Below the pieces are notes generated by a model, which had not been told where the DNA came from, searched no databases, and saw nothing but the letters and a program-made list of their open reading frames with translations. Shown piece after piece: positions 1 to 8,446 of a DNA stretch of 64,000 bases. Source of the DNA: a virus (lineage: Duplodnaviria; Caudoviricetes); the IMG/VR virus record IMGVR_UViG_3300025018_000145, positions 7,908 to 71,907 of that record; one strand, 5' to 3'. A program made the position numbers and the translations under genes. Positions within the stretch are counted from its first letter, which is position 1, and the number at the start of each line of letters is the position of its first letter.

Positions 1-44
1 TAGAATTCTTACTGATGCGGCGGAATGCTAAATTTGCAAACGGT

Positions 45-236
45 TCACATATCACTACAATCAATGTTACGCGTATGCGGCCAAATACCGTCAGCAACCG
101 CCTGACAATATACACGTTCTTCACGTTCTGCGTCATTCGCATCCATCGTCGACACAATCATAAATAAAACGATCGCCACGAACACGAACATCAGAAAATA
201 CCCGCGTGACATATTCGGGTTCAAATCACGATACAT
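45..236 (-). CDS. small early membrane protein (one hydrophobic helix), hypothetical
   Basis: ORF 45..293. The start was moved to MYRD (236) because the upstream promoter's -10 box lies at 265-270 and a GGA SD precedes 236. Hydrophobic run YFLMFVFVAIVLFMIV. Confidence 0.6.
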   Translation of the reverse strand: MYRDLNPNMSRGYFLMFVFVAIVLFMIVSTMDANDAEREERVYCQAVADGIWPHTRNIDCSDM

Positions 237-264
237 AATCAGTCCATAGCCATTTGATAATACC

Positions 265-293
265 ATTATACTATATCTAGACGGTTCTGTCAA
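265..293 (-). promoter_or_regulatory. sigma70-type early promoter (leftward)
   Basis: TTGACA(293-288)-17 bp-TATAAT(270-265), a perfect consensus. Confidence 0.9.
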
Positions 294-334
294 TAGGTTT
301 ATGATGAATTTGTGAAAATAATTTTGTTGAACAA

Positions 335-347
335 AATCAATAAGTTA
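335..347 (+). promoter_or_regulatory. putative IHF-binding site (left arm)
   Basis: AATCAA-TAAG-TTA matches the IHF consensus WATCAANNNNTTR. Confidence 0.5.
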
Positions 348-463
348 CATGAGGACATCTAGATGAGGCTAGACGCAGTTTTGAAGATCGAACAGTGGAA
401 ACTATATACAAACACTAAAACTGCGTCTAGCCTCATCTAGATGAACATCTAGATGTCCTCATG

Positions 464-476
464 TAACTTATTGATT
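464..476 (-). promoter_or_regulatory. putative IHF-binding site (right arm)
   Basis: Mirror copy of 335-347, about 80 bp upstream of the predicted rightward TSS. Confidence 0.5.
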
Positions 477-517
477 TTGTTCAACAAAATTATTTTCACA
501 AATTCATCATAAACCTA

Positions 518-546
518 TTGACAGAACCGTCTAGATATAGTATAAT
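518..546 (+). promoter_or_regulatory. sigma70-type early promoter (rightward)
   Basis: TTGACA(518-523)-17 bp-TATAAT(541-546), directly upstream of the ORF at 573. Confidence 0.9.
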
Positions 547-572
547 GGTATTTAAATCGTAATGGGTAGACA

Positions 573-1202
573 ATGGTTACATATTCGACGTTAAAGAATC
601 TCGATTCACGTTGGACTGATGAACTGTGTCATAAGTACTTTACATACGTCCACCGAAAAGAAAAAATTCGCGATTTCGGGCGAACTGCTATTCGTGATTC
701 AACCCGGTCAAAAGTATATGCTAGTGAACGATCTGCGGCATCTATCTACTGGTCGCGCGGAAATCGTTTACCGAGCCGTTCGATTAAAGAAATGCAGAAG
801 CGCACGAACACGATCATTAAATCGAAGACGTGGCGTTCGATGCTAGAAAATAATTCAGTGCGACCGCGCGAAATTCAAATTAAGGAAATGAACTCGCGCG
901 CATATCTCGGTATGGCATATCACATTGAAGGTGTGATTACCCTGTCGAATTCTGGTTTAACTGATGATACATTGATTCATGAACTTGCGCACATGGTTGG
1001 TAACTGGCATCATGACATTCGTTTTCGAATGCAGCAGATTAAGTTGGCGTCCAGGTTCATTAGTCCGATTTACGCTAAAATTCTTGCGAAGGAATATCGT
1101 AATCATGGACTAAAGATCAATCAGAATGTAACAATCAAGACGCCCGAGCAATGGCTCGATTCATATTGTCACATGAAACGCGTTCGTTCGGCACGTAAGT
1201 AA
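573..1202 (+). CDS. HExxH zinc metallohydrolase (SprT/Rv0185-like)
   Basis: LIHELAH...WHHD..F zincin motif, plus an N-terminal RDSTRSKVYASE segment resembling the Rv0185-like family. Confidence 0.7.
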   Translation: MVTYSTLKNLDSRWTDELCHKYFTYVHRKEKIRDFGRTAIRDSTRSKVYASERSAASIYWSRGNRLPSRSIKEMQKRTNTIIKSKTWRSMLENNSVRPREIQIKEMNSRAYLGMAYHIEGVITLSNSGLTDDTLIHELAHMVGNWHHDIRFRMQQIKLASRFISPIYAKILAKEYRNHGLKINQNVTIKTPEQWLDSYCHMKRVRSARK

Positions 1203-1204
1203 TC

Positions 1205-1237
1205 AAAACAATGCCCGGATTAATCCGGGCATTTTTG
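1205..1237. terminator. bidirectional intrinsic terminator
   Basis: Perfect palindrome AATGCCCGGATTAATCCGGGCATT (1210-1233) with T-run on the + side and A-run on the - side, between convergent genes. Confidence 0.85.
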
Positions 1238-1246
1238 TATGTGTCG

Positions 1247-1654
1247 CTATGTCCTAGCATTTCCAATCGTATACTTTGGTATCAAATCCCAATCATCCTT
1301 TTCATCATATGACAAAATCTTTAACCCACCAGTAACCAAATCCAGTCGTGGTTCAATCGTGACTTCCGGATTTAAAATCTTAACTAAACCCCAGTCTTCT
1401 AATAGTTTAGCAATTGTGTTACGGCGGCCTCGGTCATCGTCACTAAAATTATTTGCCTTTCCGTCAAGTTCAAATAATTCCTTAAAATGAACGATGTAAT
1501 ATTTACCACGCTTATGTAAAATGTGGCAAGACTGATATAATGCTCGATTTTTATATGACGCAACACCAATACGTGTTAATGTTTCGCGCACTTTCAAGAA
1601 GTCGCTTTCATCATCTAATTCGACTTCGATAAATCTATCAAGTAAACTTCTCAT
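1247..1654 (-). CDS. regA: RegA translational repressor
   Basis: DFLKVRETLTRIGVAS...LYQSCHILHKRGKYYIVHFKELF is the T4 RegA signature; located after gp62. Confidence 0.97.
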   Translation of the reverse strand: MRSLLDRFIEVELDDESDFLKVRETLTRIGVASYKNRALYQSCHILHKRGKYYIVHFKELFELDGKANNFSDDDRGRRNTIAKLLEDWGLVKILNPEVTIEPRLDLVTGGLKILSYDEKDDWDLIPKYTIGNART

Positions 1655-1690
1655 GTTATGTTCCTTTATTATTATTTTTATACAAACAAA

Positions 1691-2080
1691 TCACCCACCA
1701 TGAATCATAGTTTTCTTCATATGATTAATATGTTCATCGGTTAATAGTGCGTTATATTCGTGCGCACGGCGTTCGCTGCATGCGTAATACTCAGTGATGA
1801 CATCGATTCGATCCGAATTACTCTTCTTCTGCCACTTACTAAAGCGCTTCTTCTTTGGCACTAAGTAAAAATAGAATTCGTATTGCATTAGATTATCGAG
1901 GCTAGAATTGCAATTCATCTCATTTGCTAATGCTAACGTATCATTGAAATAAGACAGCGCACGATTTGTTAGAAATGGATTATAAGCTTTCTCGGCTAGC
2001 TCATCATTATCAGTATTCTGCATCATATGCTTCTTTGTCATATTGATGCTATTGATATAATCAAATGGATTGCTCATCAT
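1691..2080 (-). CDS. gp62: clamp loader small subunit gp62
   Basis: NPFDYINSIN, YNPFLTNRALS and KKKRFSKW motifs; synteny with gp44 and regA. Confidence 0.92.
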   Translation of the reverse strand: MMSNPFDYINSINMTKKHMMQNTDNDELAEKAYNPFLTNRALSYFNDTLALANEMNCNSSLDNLMQYEFYFYLVPKKKRFSKWQKKSNSDRIDVITEYYACSERRAHEYNALLTDEHINHMKKTMIHGG

Positions 2081-2289
2081 ATACCGCCATCTTTAGTTTT
2101 ATCATTCAACATTTCATCATGTAGCGCGTTGTATTTAGTAGATATAACACTGATTAGTTTTTCGCATTCGTCGCAAATTTCAATTCGTACGCTATCCGAT
2201 AAAACAACGATCGCATTATTCCCACTATCAGTAATTGTATTTTCGCATAAATTACATTTCAGTTTCGACGATTTTTTTCGCTTAAACAT
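2077..2289 (-). CDS. small C4 zinc-finger protein
   Basis: CNLC...CDEC; translationally coupled to neighbouring genes. Confidence 0.6.
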   Translation of the reverse strand: MFKRKKSSKLKCNLCENTITDSGNNAIVVLSDSVRIEICDECEKLISVISTKYNALHDEMLNDKTKDGGI

Positions 2290-2902
2290 CTAGCCCCTCC
2301 ATTGTTCGGATGAGATATTGTATACGCATAACATCGATCGCTACGTCATGCCGTGGATCATGATGAATAAACTCAGATTCGTTTACGTTCGGCGGAAAGA
2401 ATCGATCATCGATATTATGCCCAAATGTTAGTCCAAGAATGAAACTACGAACGTCACGAATAGCACGAAAATGAATCGGTTCGGATTGATCCGTTGCATG
2501 AATTAATGACGTGAGCAGTGGTGGATCGAACGTATTGCCGCGTGTAAATACATACTTACAATCATATGCACGAATTTCATCGTTAAAAATCGTGAATAGT
2601 TGTTTAATCGACACATCGTCTGACGATCTCTTTAACTGCTTTCGCGCAGTTGGTGGTTGTTCTTGCCACCAATCTAGTACACGCTGCTCAATCTTTCGAC
2701 CATATACATTTACTTGTTCTAATATATCGAACTTATGAAACGAAGAAACATTAACTAATTCATTGAAATTATATGGACTATCAGACGTAAATCTATCTGA
2801 TTCGACTTTAACTGTCGCGAGATTTACAATCGGCGCAGACTCGATATTTGTACCAAGCGTTTCAAAATCAAAGAATAACATTTTCATAATAATATCACTC
2901 AA
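2282..2902 (-). CDS. dexA: DEDDh 3'-5' exonuclease (DexA-like)
   Basis: FFDFETLG (ExoI), RGNTFD (ExoII) and HDPRHDVAID (ExoIII). Confidence 0.8.
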   Translation of the reverse strand: MSDIIMKMLFFDFETLGTNIESAPIVNLATVKVESDRFTSDSPYNFNELVNVSSFHKFDILEQVNVYGRKIEQRVLDWWQEQPPTARKQLKRSSDDVSIKQLFTIFNDEIRAYDCKYVFTRGNTFDPPLLTSLIHATDQSEPIHFRAIRDVRSFILGLTFGHNIDDRFFPPNVNESEFIHHDPRHDVAIDVMRIQYLIRTMEGLDV

Positions 2903-3833
2903 ATGGACAGTTGGTCATAATTTCAACGAAGCACGCTGTTAGATTAATCTCAGCATCAACAGAGAAAGCTGCTTTATATTGATAATCAGCAAGAATAAGC
3001 ACTAACTGCGGTATCGACTGTTTTTTTAGCTTGGGCGTAAGTTGATCGTAAATAGTTCTAAAGATGCTAGTTGAATCAATGTCAGCATTCAGCGATACCC
3101 AAGTTCGAACATTAGTAAAATTCTTTTCAATCAAAGCCGCAATTAAATCATCAAGATTACTCTTACTCTCCGATAAAAGAATACCGTTATCAATTACACC
3201 ACATGTTCCATATCGCTGTAACTCATTGAGAATGCGACGATTATCTGGAAAATACTTTCGCACTAAATGAGCAACCGTTTTCTTATCATATTCAATATTT
3301 TCTTTATCAAGAATTAGTTGAACGTGGTGAAAAAATGAAACTGCGAGCTCAACTCTCTCATCTTTGCTGAACATAAAATCGATTACACTGCATCGTGAAT
3401 GTAATGGTTCGATAATACGATTCTTGAAATTACATGTAAGAATGAAACCACAGTTATGCGAGTATTCCTCCATGAAATTGCGTAGAGCTGGTTGTGTCGA
3501 ATTTCCATTTAGATAATCTGCTTCATCAAGAATAACGTACTTACGCCCACCACTTAACGATACCGATGATGCAAATTGCTGAATGTCATTACGCAATGTA
3601 TCGATATTACCCCTCATCGAACCGTTGATGATAATGTAATCACACCCAAGTTCCTCGAGCATCGCACGAGCAATTGTCGTTTTACCAACACCAGGCCCGC
3701 CTGATAGAATTAAATTTGGTACGTTCTTTTGATCGACGAACTGTTGAAATACATCTTTGAGACGAGACGGTAGAACCGTCTCCTTTACAGTCTTCGGTCT
3801 GTACTTTTCAACGAAAAGAAACTCTTCACGCAT
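2895..3833 (-). CDS. gp44: clamp loader large subunit gp44 (AAA+)
   Basis: EKYRP, Walker A GGPGVGKT, Walker B ILDEAD and SRC motifs. Start refined to MREEF. Confidence 0.97.
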   Translation of the reverse strand: MREEFLFVEKYRPKTVKETVLPSRLKDVFQQFVDQKNVPNLILSGGPGVGKTTIARAMLEELGCDYIIINGSMRGNIDTLRNDIQQFASSVSLSGGRKYVILDEADYLNGNSTQPALRNFMEEYSHNCGFILTCNFKNRIIEPLHSRCSVIDFMFSKDERVELAVSFFHHVQLILDKENIEYDKKTVAHLVRKYFPDNRRILNELQRYGTCGVIDNGILLSESKSNLDDLIAALIEKNFTNVRTWVSLNADIDSTSIFRTIYDQLTPKLKKQSIPQLVLILADYQYKAAFSVDAEINLTACFVEIMTNCPFE

Positions 3834-3851
3834 AATATAAAACTCCCTCAA

Positions 3852-4529
3852 TTAACTGAATGTAGACTTCGACTCAACGCTAACCCAATATGTAATTGCT
3901 GATGATTCAAATCGACAAATACCGGCAGACGAGATCGATACACTGTAGTCATTTGGTACGATCTTAAGATGGTCAGTTCGAATAATTGCTGTGAAAGGTT
4001 TGCTATCTGTTTCACCAACAACGATATCGTAATCGTTTGAACTGGGATTTGATGTATCTGTTCCACGAAGAACAAGATTGCCGTCCTCAACAGTGATCAC
4101 CAACTCAGGCAACGACATAACACCAAGAGCCTTCATTATATCCTGATATTGATTTGTCTTTAAGTTAAACGACACGTCAATACTTGGCATATTCAAATCA
4201 TGATCAGGCGGTGTAACGAAAGTTGATGTATCTGCATACACATACTTCACTTTACGTCGAGCATCGCCATGAATAGTCATCGATGATGCACCGATTTCGT
4301 AACGCGGGTTCTTCATCAGAGAAACTACACCTAGAAAACGATGCAGTTCATAAATTGCAAAGTCAGATGGGATCGTTTCATCCAGTGTTGCTTTTGCTAG
4401 CACTGCTTTATTTGGCGCCATTGTGCGAAGAATATTACCTTGCTTAAACGCAAGTGACGGATTAATCGTTGAAAAATTCTTCAATACTGCGATCGTGTTT
4501 TCATTCATGTTCATATATACATTCTCCAT
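3852..4529 (-). CDS. gp45: sliding clamp gp45
   Basis: TIAVLKNFSTINPS...FAIYELHRFLGV; directly upstream of gp44. Confidence 0.95.
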   Translation of the reverse strand: MENVYMNMNENTIAVLKNFSTINPSLAFKQGNILRTMAPNKAVLAKATLDETIPSDFAIYELHRFLGVVSLMKNPRYEIGASSMTIHGDARRKVKYVYADTSTFVTPPDHDLNMPSIDVSFNLKTNQYQDIMKALGVMSLPELVITVEDGNLVLRGTDTSNPSSNDYDIVVGETDSKPFTAIIRTDHLKIVPNDYSVSISSAGICRFESSAITYWVSVESKSTFS

Positions 4530-4535
4530 TATATT

Positions 4536-5510
4536 TTATTTACGTTTCCTGCCAAGCTTCTTTGTGTCTGCTGTTGCCGATGCTCCAACCGATGCTAAGG
4601 CCGCAAGCGATCCACCAAAAATATACGAACCTACATGCTTGAGCTGCATCCATGGGCATAACCACACCTTCATACCCATCTTTTGTACATTATAACAAAA
4701 CATATAGTCTTCTGACAAATACCGGTTTGAATATGCGGAAGTTAAACCATTCTTCTTATCGCGTAAAAATTCAATGATATCGTCGTGTGTAGCGTTAGGC
4801 GTCTGCTTTACGAATGCTTCAACCTCAGCAACCATATTCTGAGATTTATCGTCGATGATAGCGTCAAAATACGCCATGATTTCGCGTGAACCATCGAAAT
4901 TCTCGGTGCGAACATGGTCTGGCTTATATAACATCTGTGGGAAGTGTTTATTGTATGCCTCAAAAACCTTTCGTTGAATCAACATAAACCCAGTACCAGA
5001 TTCCATTACCTCAACTGGTTGATTAAGCGGAATTGTTGATAATCCCTTCTTTGGGTTGAATACATAATCGCCAACGAAGTTTTCGAGAATATTTGGATCT
5101 TTATCTGCTACACCTTTATCAACAGCTTGCTTAATCTTTTCCCATGAGATAGTCTTCTTTGGATATGGCCCGCATAGAACATTATAATCTTCATTCATTG
5201 AAGATAGTCCTAACAACGAAATAACGTCATGCGCGTCAAAGCCAATATCAGAGTCAATAAACATTAGATGAGTACAATCAGATCTCATAAACTCATCAGC
5301 ACAATAGTTGCGCGCGCGTGTAACCAAAGACTCGTTGAATAGAAAATAGAACTGCATCTTAATACCATAACGTACGCAGAGATTCGTTAGATCTGAAAGC
5401 GATCTAGCAAACATTCCAGCACATTGCCCGCCGTACATCGGTACTGCCAAAAATAATTTCTGTTGCTTTAATACTTCAACTGGTATTTTTGTTTCCATGT
5501 TATACTCCAT
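4536..5510 (-). CDS. GT-A fold (GT2-like) glycosyltransferase-like protein
   Basis: LFLAVPMYGG, ESLVTRARN, DxD motif MFIDSDI, GTGFMLI, SEDYMFC and LKHVG. Confidence 0.65.
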   Translation of the reverse strand: MEYNMETKIPVEVLKQQKLFLAVPMYGGQCAGMFARSLSDLTNLCVRYGIKMQFYFLFNESLVTRARNYCADEFMRSDCTHLMFIDSDIGFDAHDVISLLGLSSMNEDYNVLCGPYPKKTISWEKIKQAVDKGVADKDPNILENFVGDYVFNPKKGLSTIPLNQPVEVMESGTGFMLIQRKVFEAYNKHFPQMLYKPDHVRTENFDGSREIMAYFDAIIDDKSQNMVAEVEAFVKQTPNATHDDIIEFLRDKKNGLTSAYSNRYLSEDYMFCYNVQKMGMKVWLCPWMQLKHVGSYIFGGSLAALASVGASATADTKKLGRKRK

Positions 5511-5516
5511 TGTATT

Positions 5517-6725
5517 CTATTGAATGAAAGATGTCAAATCGTGTCGATCTGTTTCTACGTGTTCAATTGTTTTCTTAAAATTATTCTGTTTAACATACGA
5601 TGAGCCAGAATCAAGTAATTGTCCACGAATAAACAATTCGATCTCAGTACACATATCGCGTGCCGTGCATACTGGTACGTTCTGTGCAATATGATTAATA
5701 CAACTGCGCCCGCCTAGTAACTCAAAATCATCAGGAAAGCCCATCATATATAATGCTTCACGTACAGTTAAAGAGCGATCATATTCTGGGTGAATAGTGT
5801 CGGCCATATTTCGACCGATCACGGCATTCATTACCTCATTAAAAACATGTGTTGAACCATCCCATACACCAAGTCCCTGATCATACTTTTTAATCGCATG
5901 AGCTGCATATTTGGCACCGCGAGTGTGGTCGATCGTTTCAAACCAATCAAGAGCTTCGTCTAAACTAAAATGCTTAATAACATATTGGAGTGTAGTGATA
6001 ATCTTTGATTCTTTTAGTAATTCACGCGGATCACGATTTGTTTTATATTTGATGAACTGATAGTAATGCTCGTTACCGATTTCGTTATTAATGATGATAT
6101 CATGATGCTTAGCATTCGCATTCACATTCTTAAGATAATCATGAAAATTCAAACGTGATCGATCATACCAATTCATAATAGGTGCAGTCTTACTCTTCCA
6201 AGCAATAGCAAAACAACGCTGACGATTCTGTGGAATACCATGGTACATTGTCGATGTTTTGTATAATGTTAGACTGTAACCACGAGCCTTAGCAATTTCA
6301 TATAAGCGCTGTGCAACGGCCTGTCCTTTATTCGTATATAGCGCAGGTGCATTCTCGACAATAACAGCTTTTGCATTAAAGCGATCAATACCTTCTTCGA
6401 AAACACGATACATCCACTCATTCTTTTGACAACCGGCACCTTTCACCGCGGCGGTCTTCCCCGTGTTTAACTGAGATAAAGCAGCGCATGGTGGAGTACC
6501 AACAATGACGTCGATTTCATTACTATAATCTGGGTCTTTATCAAGATGTATATATGGTACATTCAGATTGTGAATTTCATTAATATAATTCACATAATGG
6601 CTATCGTTCTTCGTAAAATCCGAATATGATATGATTGCTGTTGGTTTTGAATTGAACGCAGCGGCGGCCCCAAGAGGAAATCCACCAATAAGTGGAATGA
6701 GAGGTGCCCATTTTAACTGATTCAT
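5517..6725 (-). CDS. C5-cytosine DNA methyltransferase-fold protein with atypical SAM-binding motif I
   Basis: Motif IV GTPPC, motif VI VENAP, motif VIII PQNRQR, motif IX LTVREA..MGFPDDF and motif X AQNVP. Motif I reads LIPLIGG instead of LFxGxGG. Confidence 0.85.
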   Translation of the reverse strand: MNQLKWAPLIPLIGGFPLGAAAAFNSKPTAIISYSDFTKNDSHYVNYINEIHNLNVPYIHLDKDPDYSNEIDVIVGTPPCAALSQLNTGKTAAVKGAGCQKNEWMYRVFEEGIDRFNAKAVIVENAPALYTNKGQAVAQRLYEIAKARGYSLTLYKTSTMYHGIPQNRQRCFAIAWKSKTAPIMNWYDRSRLNFHDYLKNVNANAKHHDIIINNEIGNEHYYQFIKYKTNRDPRELLKESKIITTLQYVIKHFSLDEALDWFETIDHTRGAKYAAHAIKKYDQGLGVWDGSTHVFNEVMNAVIGRNMADTIHPEYDRSLTVREALYMMGFPDDFELLGGRSCINHIAQNVPVCTARDMCTEIELFIRGQLLDSGSSYVKQNNFKKTIEHVETDRHDLTSFIQ

Positions 6726-6743
6726 TATATATCCTATATTTCA

Positions 6744-7997
6744 CTAAGAAAAGAAAGACTCGAGTGTTGTTATTTCACTCTTTCTGTAATTATTTATACA
6801 CGGCTCTGAATAGGTACTATCGATAGAAGTCATAATCGATTTATTAATAAATGAGCCATCATATAGATCATCTGTTAGATACTTATTTGATAAGTAACGA
6901 ATATGATGAAGATATAGTACGTCATCATTGTAGATTGACGCAATACGATCATGCAGCTGTTCTGGTGTCGACGGTCTATAAAACGAATCGAGGTTTGTAT
7001 GATTTTGTGTGTCATATGTTGGATGAAGAAATGGAATGACACCAGCCTGAATCATCTCGATATACTTCGACGTTACCCACCCCGGCGCAATCGGAATGAT
7101 GAATGTTGAACGAACATTTCCAAATCTTCTTTGAATTTCACTTACATGAACCGAACCACGAAAACGCGCATCGCTGTTTATTATATTCTCATTCCATTGG
7201 CCGTAGATATCAATATTCTCATCGTGCTTAAGAACCCATTCGTTCAGTATATTATAACGTGATGGTTTGCCTTCATTGAGAGCGATCATTGCGTGAACAT
7301 TACGATCTGCAACCGATGTAGTTGGTTTATTATAATCCAAACAGAACATCTTTTCAACACCAGAGTATGTAGACTTTACATAATCCGTTATTAAATCTTG
7401 ATCATCAAATGATTTGAAATATTTCTTAGCATATTCAAAATCAAACTGCCCAATCGACACATTCGGGCAGCGAGTAATGTCACGGGATTGATTAAGCTTA
7501 TAGCGAGGATCGTTTATGATTTCGATGAACGGTATATTCGTACGATTAATCCATTCAATCATAGGCGTCGAATATAATTTGGTCATATCGATGACTGCAG
7601 CAGTGAGATCACGATTATTAACCTGCATAGTACGATTTGGTATCGTGGCGGACCCAATTTGCCCAATCATAAAGATTCCATAATCAATATGAATATCGTT
7701 GATTTCAAAATAACGAATCGCGTGTAGATAAAAATTCTCGCCCAATTCCGGTGATCGCGGAATTTTTACGCCGTCCCAAATATCAATGACATTGTCATAT
7801 GGGAATAGCGAATTCTTATCAACATCGGATAATCGACTATAATCGGATCGCCCAATAATATAAAATTTCTTATCAGGATTTCTATTCGCGAGCGCACGCA
7901 GAACACATGATGGTTCATTATCACCACCAATAGGTGAATAGTTTTTAGTTGAAAATTTAATTGATTTTCCTATCTTCGCAAACACAAAATTTTTCAT
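6744..7997 (-). CDS. GT-B DNA glycosyltransferase, T4 beta-glucosyltransferase-like
   Basis: The C-terminal half (TSKYIEMIQAGVIPFLHPTYDTQ...EQLHDRIASIYNDDVL) aligns by eye with the T4 BGT C-terminus (TLRVWETMASDAVMLIDEEFDTK...ELIDRVNELKHSDVL). Lies in an operon with the gp42 homologue. Confidence 0.7.
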   Translation of the reverse strand: MKNFVFAKIGKSIKFSTKNYSPIGGDNEPSCVLRALANRNPDKKFYIIGRSDYSRLSDVDKNSLFPYDNVIDIWDGVKIPRSPELGENFYLHAIRYFEINDIHIDYGIFMIGQIGSATIPNRTMQVNNRDLTAAVIDMTKLYSTPMIEWINRTNIPFIEIINDPRYKLNQSRDITRCPNVSIGQFDFEYAKKYFKSFDDQDLITDYVKSTYSGVEKMFCLDYNKPTTSVADRNVHAMIALNEGKPSRYNILNEWVLKHDENIDIYGQWNENIINSDARFRGSVHVSEIQRRFGNVRSTFIIPIAPGWVTSKYIEMIQAGVIPFLHPTYDTQNHTNLDSFYRPSTPEQLHDRIASIYNDDVLYLHHIRYLSNKYLTDDLYDGSFINKSIMTSIDSTYSEPCINNYRKSEITTLESFFS

Positions 7998-8446
7998 TAT
8001 GAATTCCTTATTCTCTCGCGTAAATCGCTCGACGAAAATGAATGTCGTCTCCTATTATAATGAATTGGGCACATCCCAATACCAGTATGATCCGTTCCTT
8101 TATATTCTTCACCTACAATACGTATGTCGGGATTAATTGTTAAAATCATATCAACCAAATCCTTCTCAGTTTCAAAAGGAATGATTTCATCAACATATCG
8201 GCATGACGACAACTGCACGTATCTCTCAAATGACGACTGAATTGGTTTATTCTTCTTACCCGGGCGATCAACTGTTGGATCAATCAACAAACCAACTATC
8301 AGATAATCACATAGTGTTTTTGCTTCCTGTAGCATGACGATGTGACCTGAATGAAAAAGATCAAATGTGCTACACGTAAAGCCAACCTTAACTTCGGTTA
8401 TATCCATGCCGAGTTTTTTAGCAATTGATTTCTTATCAAGAAACAT
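7997..8446 (-). CDS. cytidylyltransferase (TagD/ethanolamine-phosphate CT-like, HxGH family)
   Basis: GFTCSTFDLFHSGH, CRYVDEII and SFSSSDLRERI. Start refined to MFLDKK, overlapping the upstream stop. Confidence 0.9.
   Translation of the reverse strand: MFLDKKSIAKKLGMDITEVKVGFTCSTFDLFHSGHIVMLQEAKTLCDYLIVGLLIDPTVDRPGKKNKPIQSSFERYVQLSSCRYVDEIIPFETEKDLVDMILTINPDIRIVGEEYKGTDHTGIGMCPIHYNRRRHSFSSSDLRERIRNS

Larger units (their letters stand above)
259..552. repeat. long inverted repeat (arms 259-382 and 417-552, 34-bp spacer)
   Basis: 259-382 is the exact reverse complement of 417-552, except for a 12-bp duplication containing the palindrome CATCTAGATG in the right arm. Confidence 0.95.

Noticed and set aside
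259-552. The inverted repeat as a CRISPR array, IS end or tRNA
   Set aside because: There is no repeat-spacer periodicity, transposase or cloverleaf. The flanks diverge into different genes, which also argues against a simple fold-back chimera.
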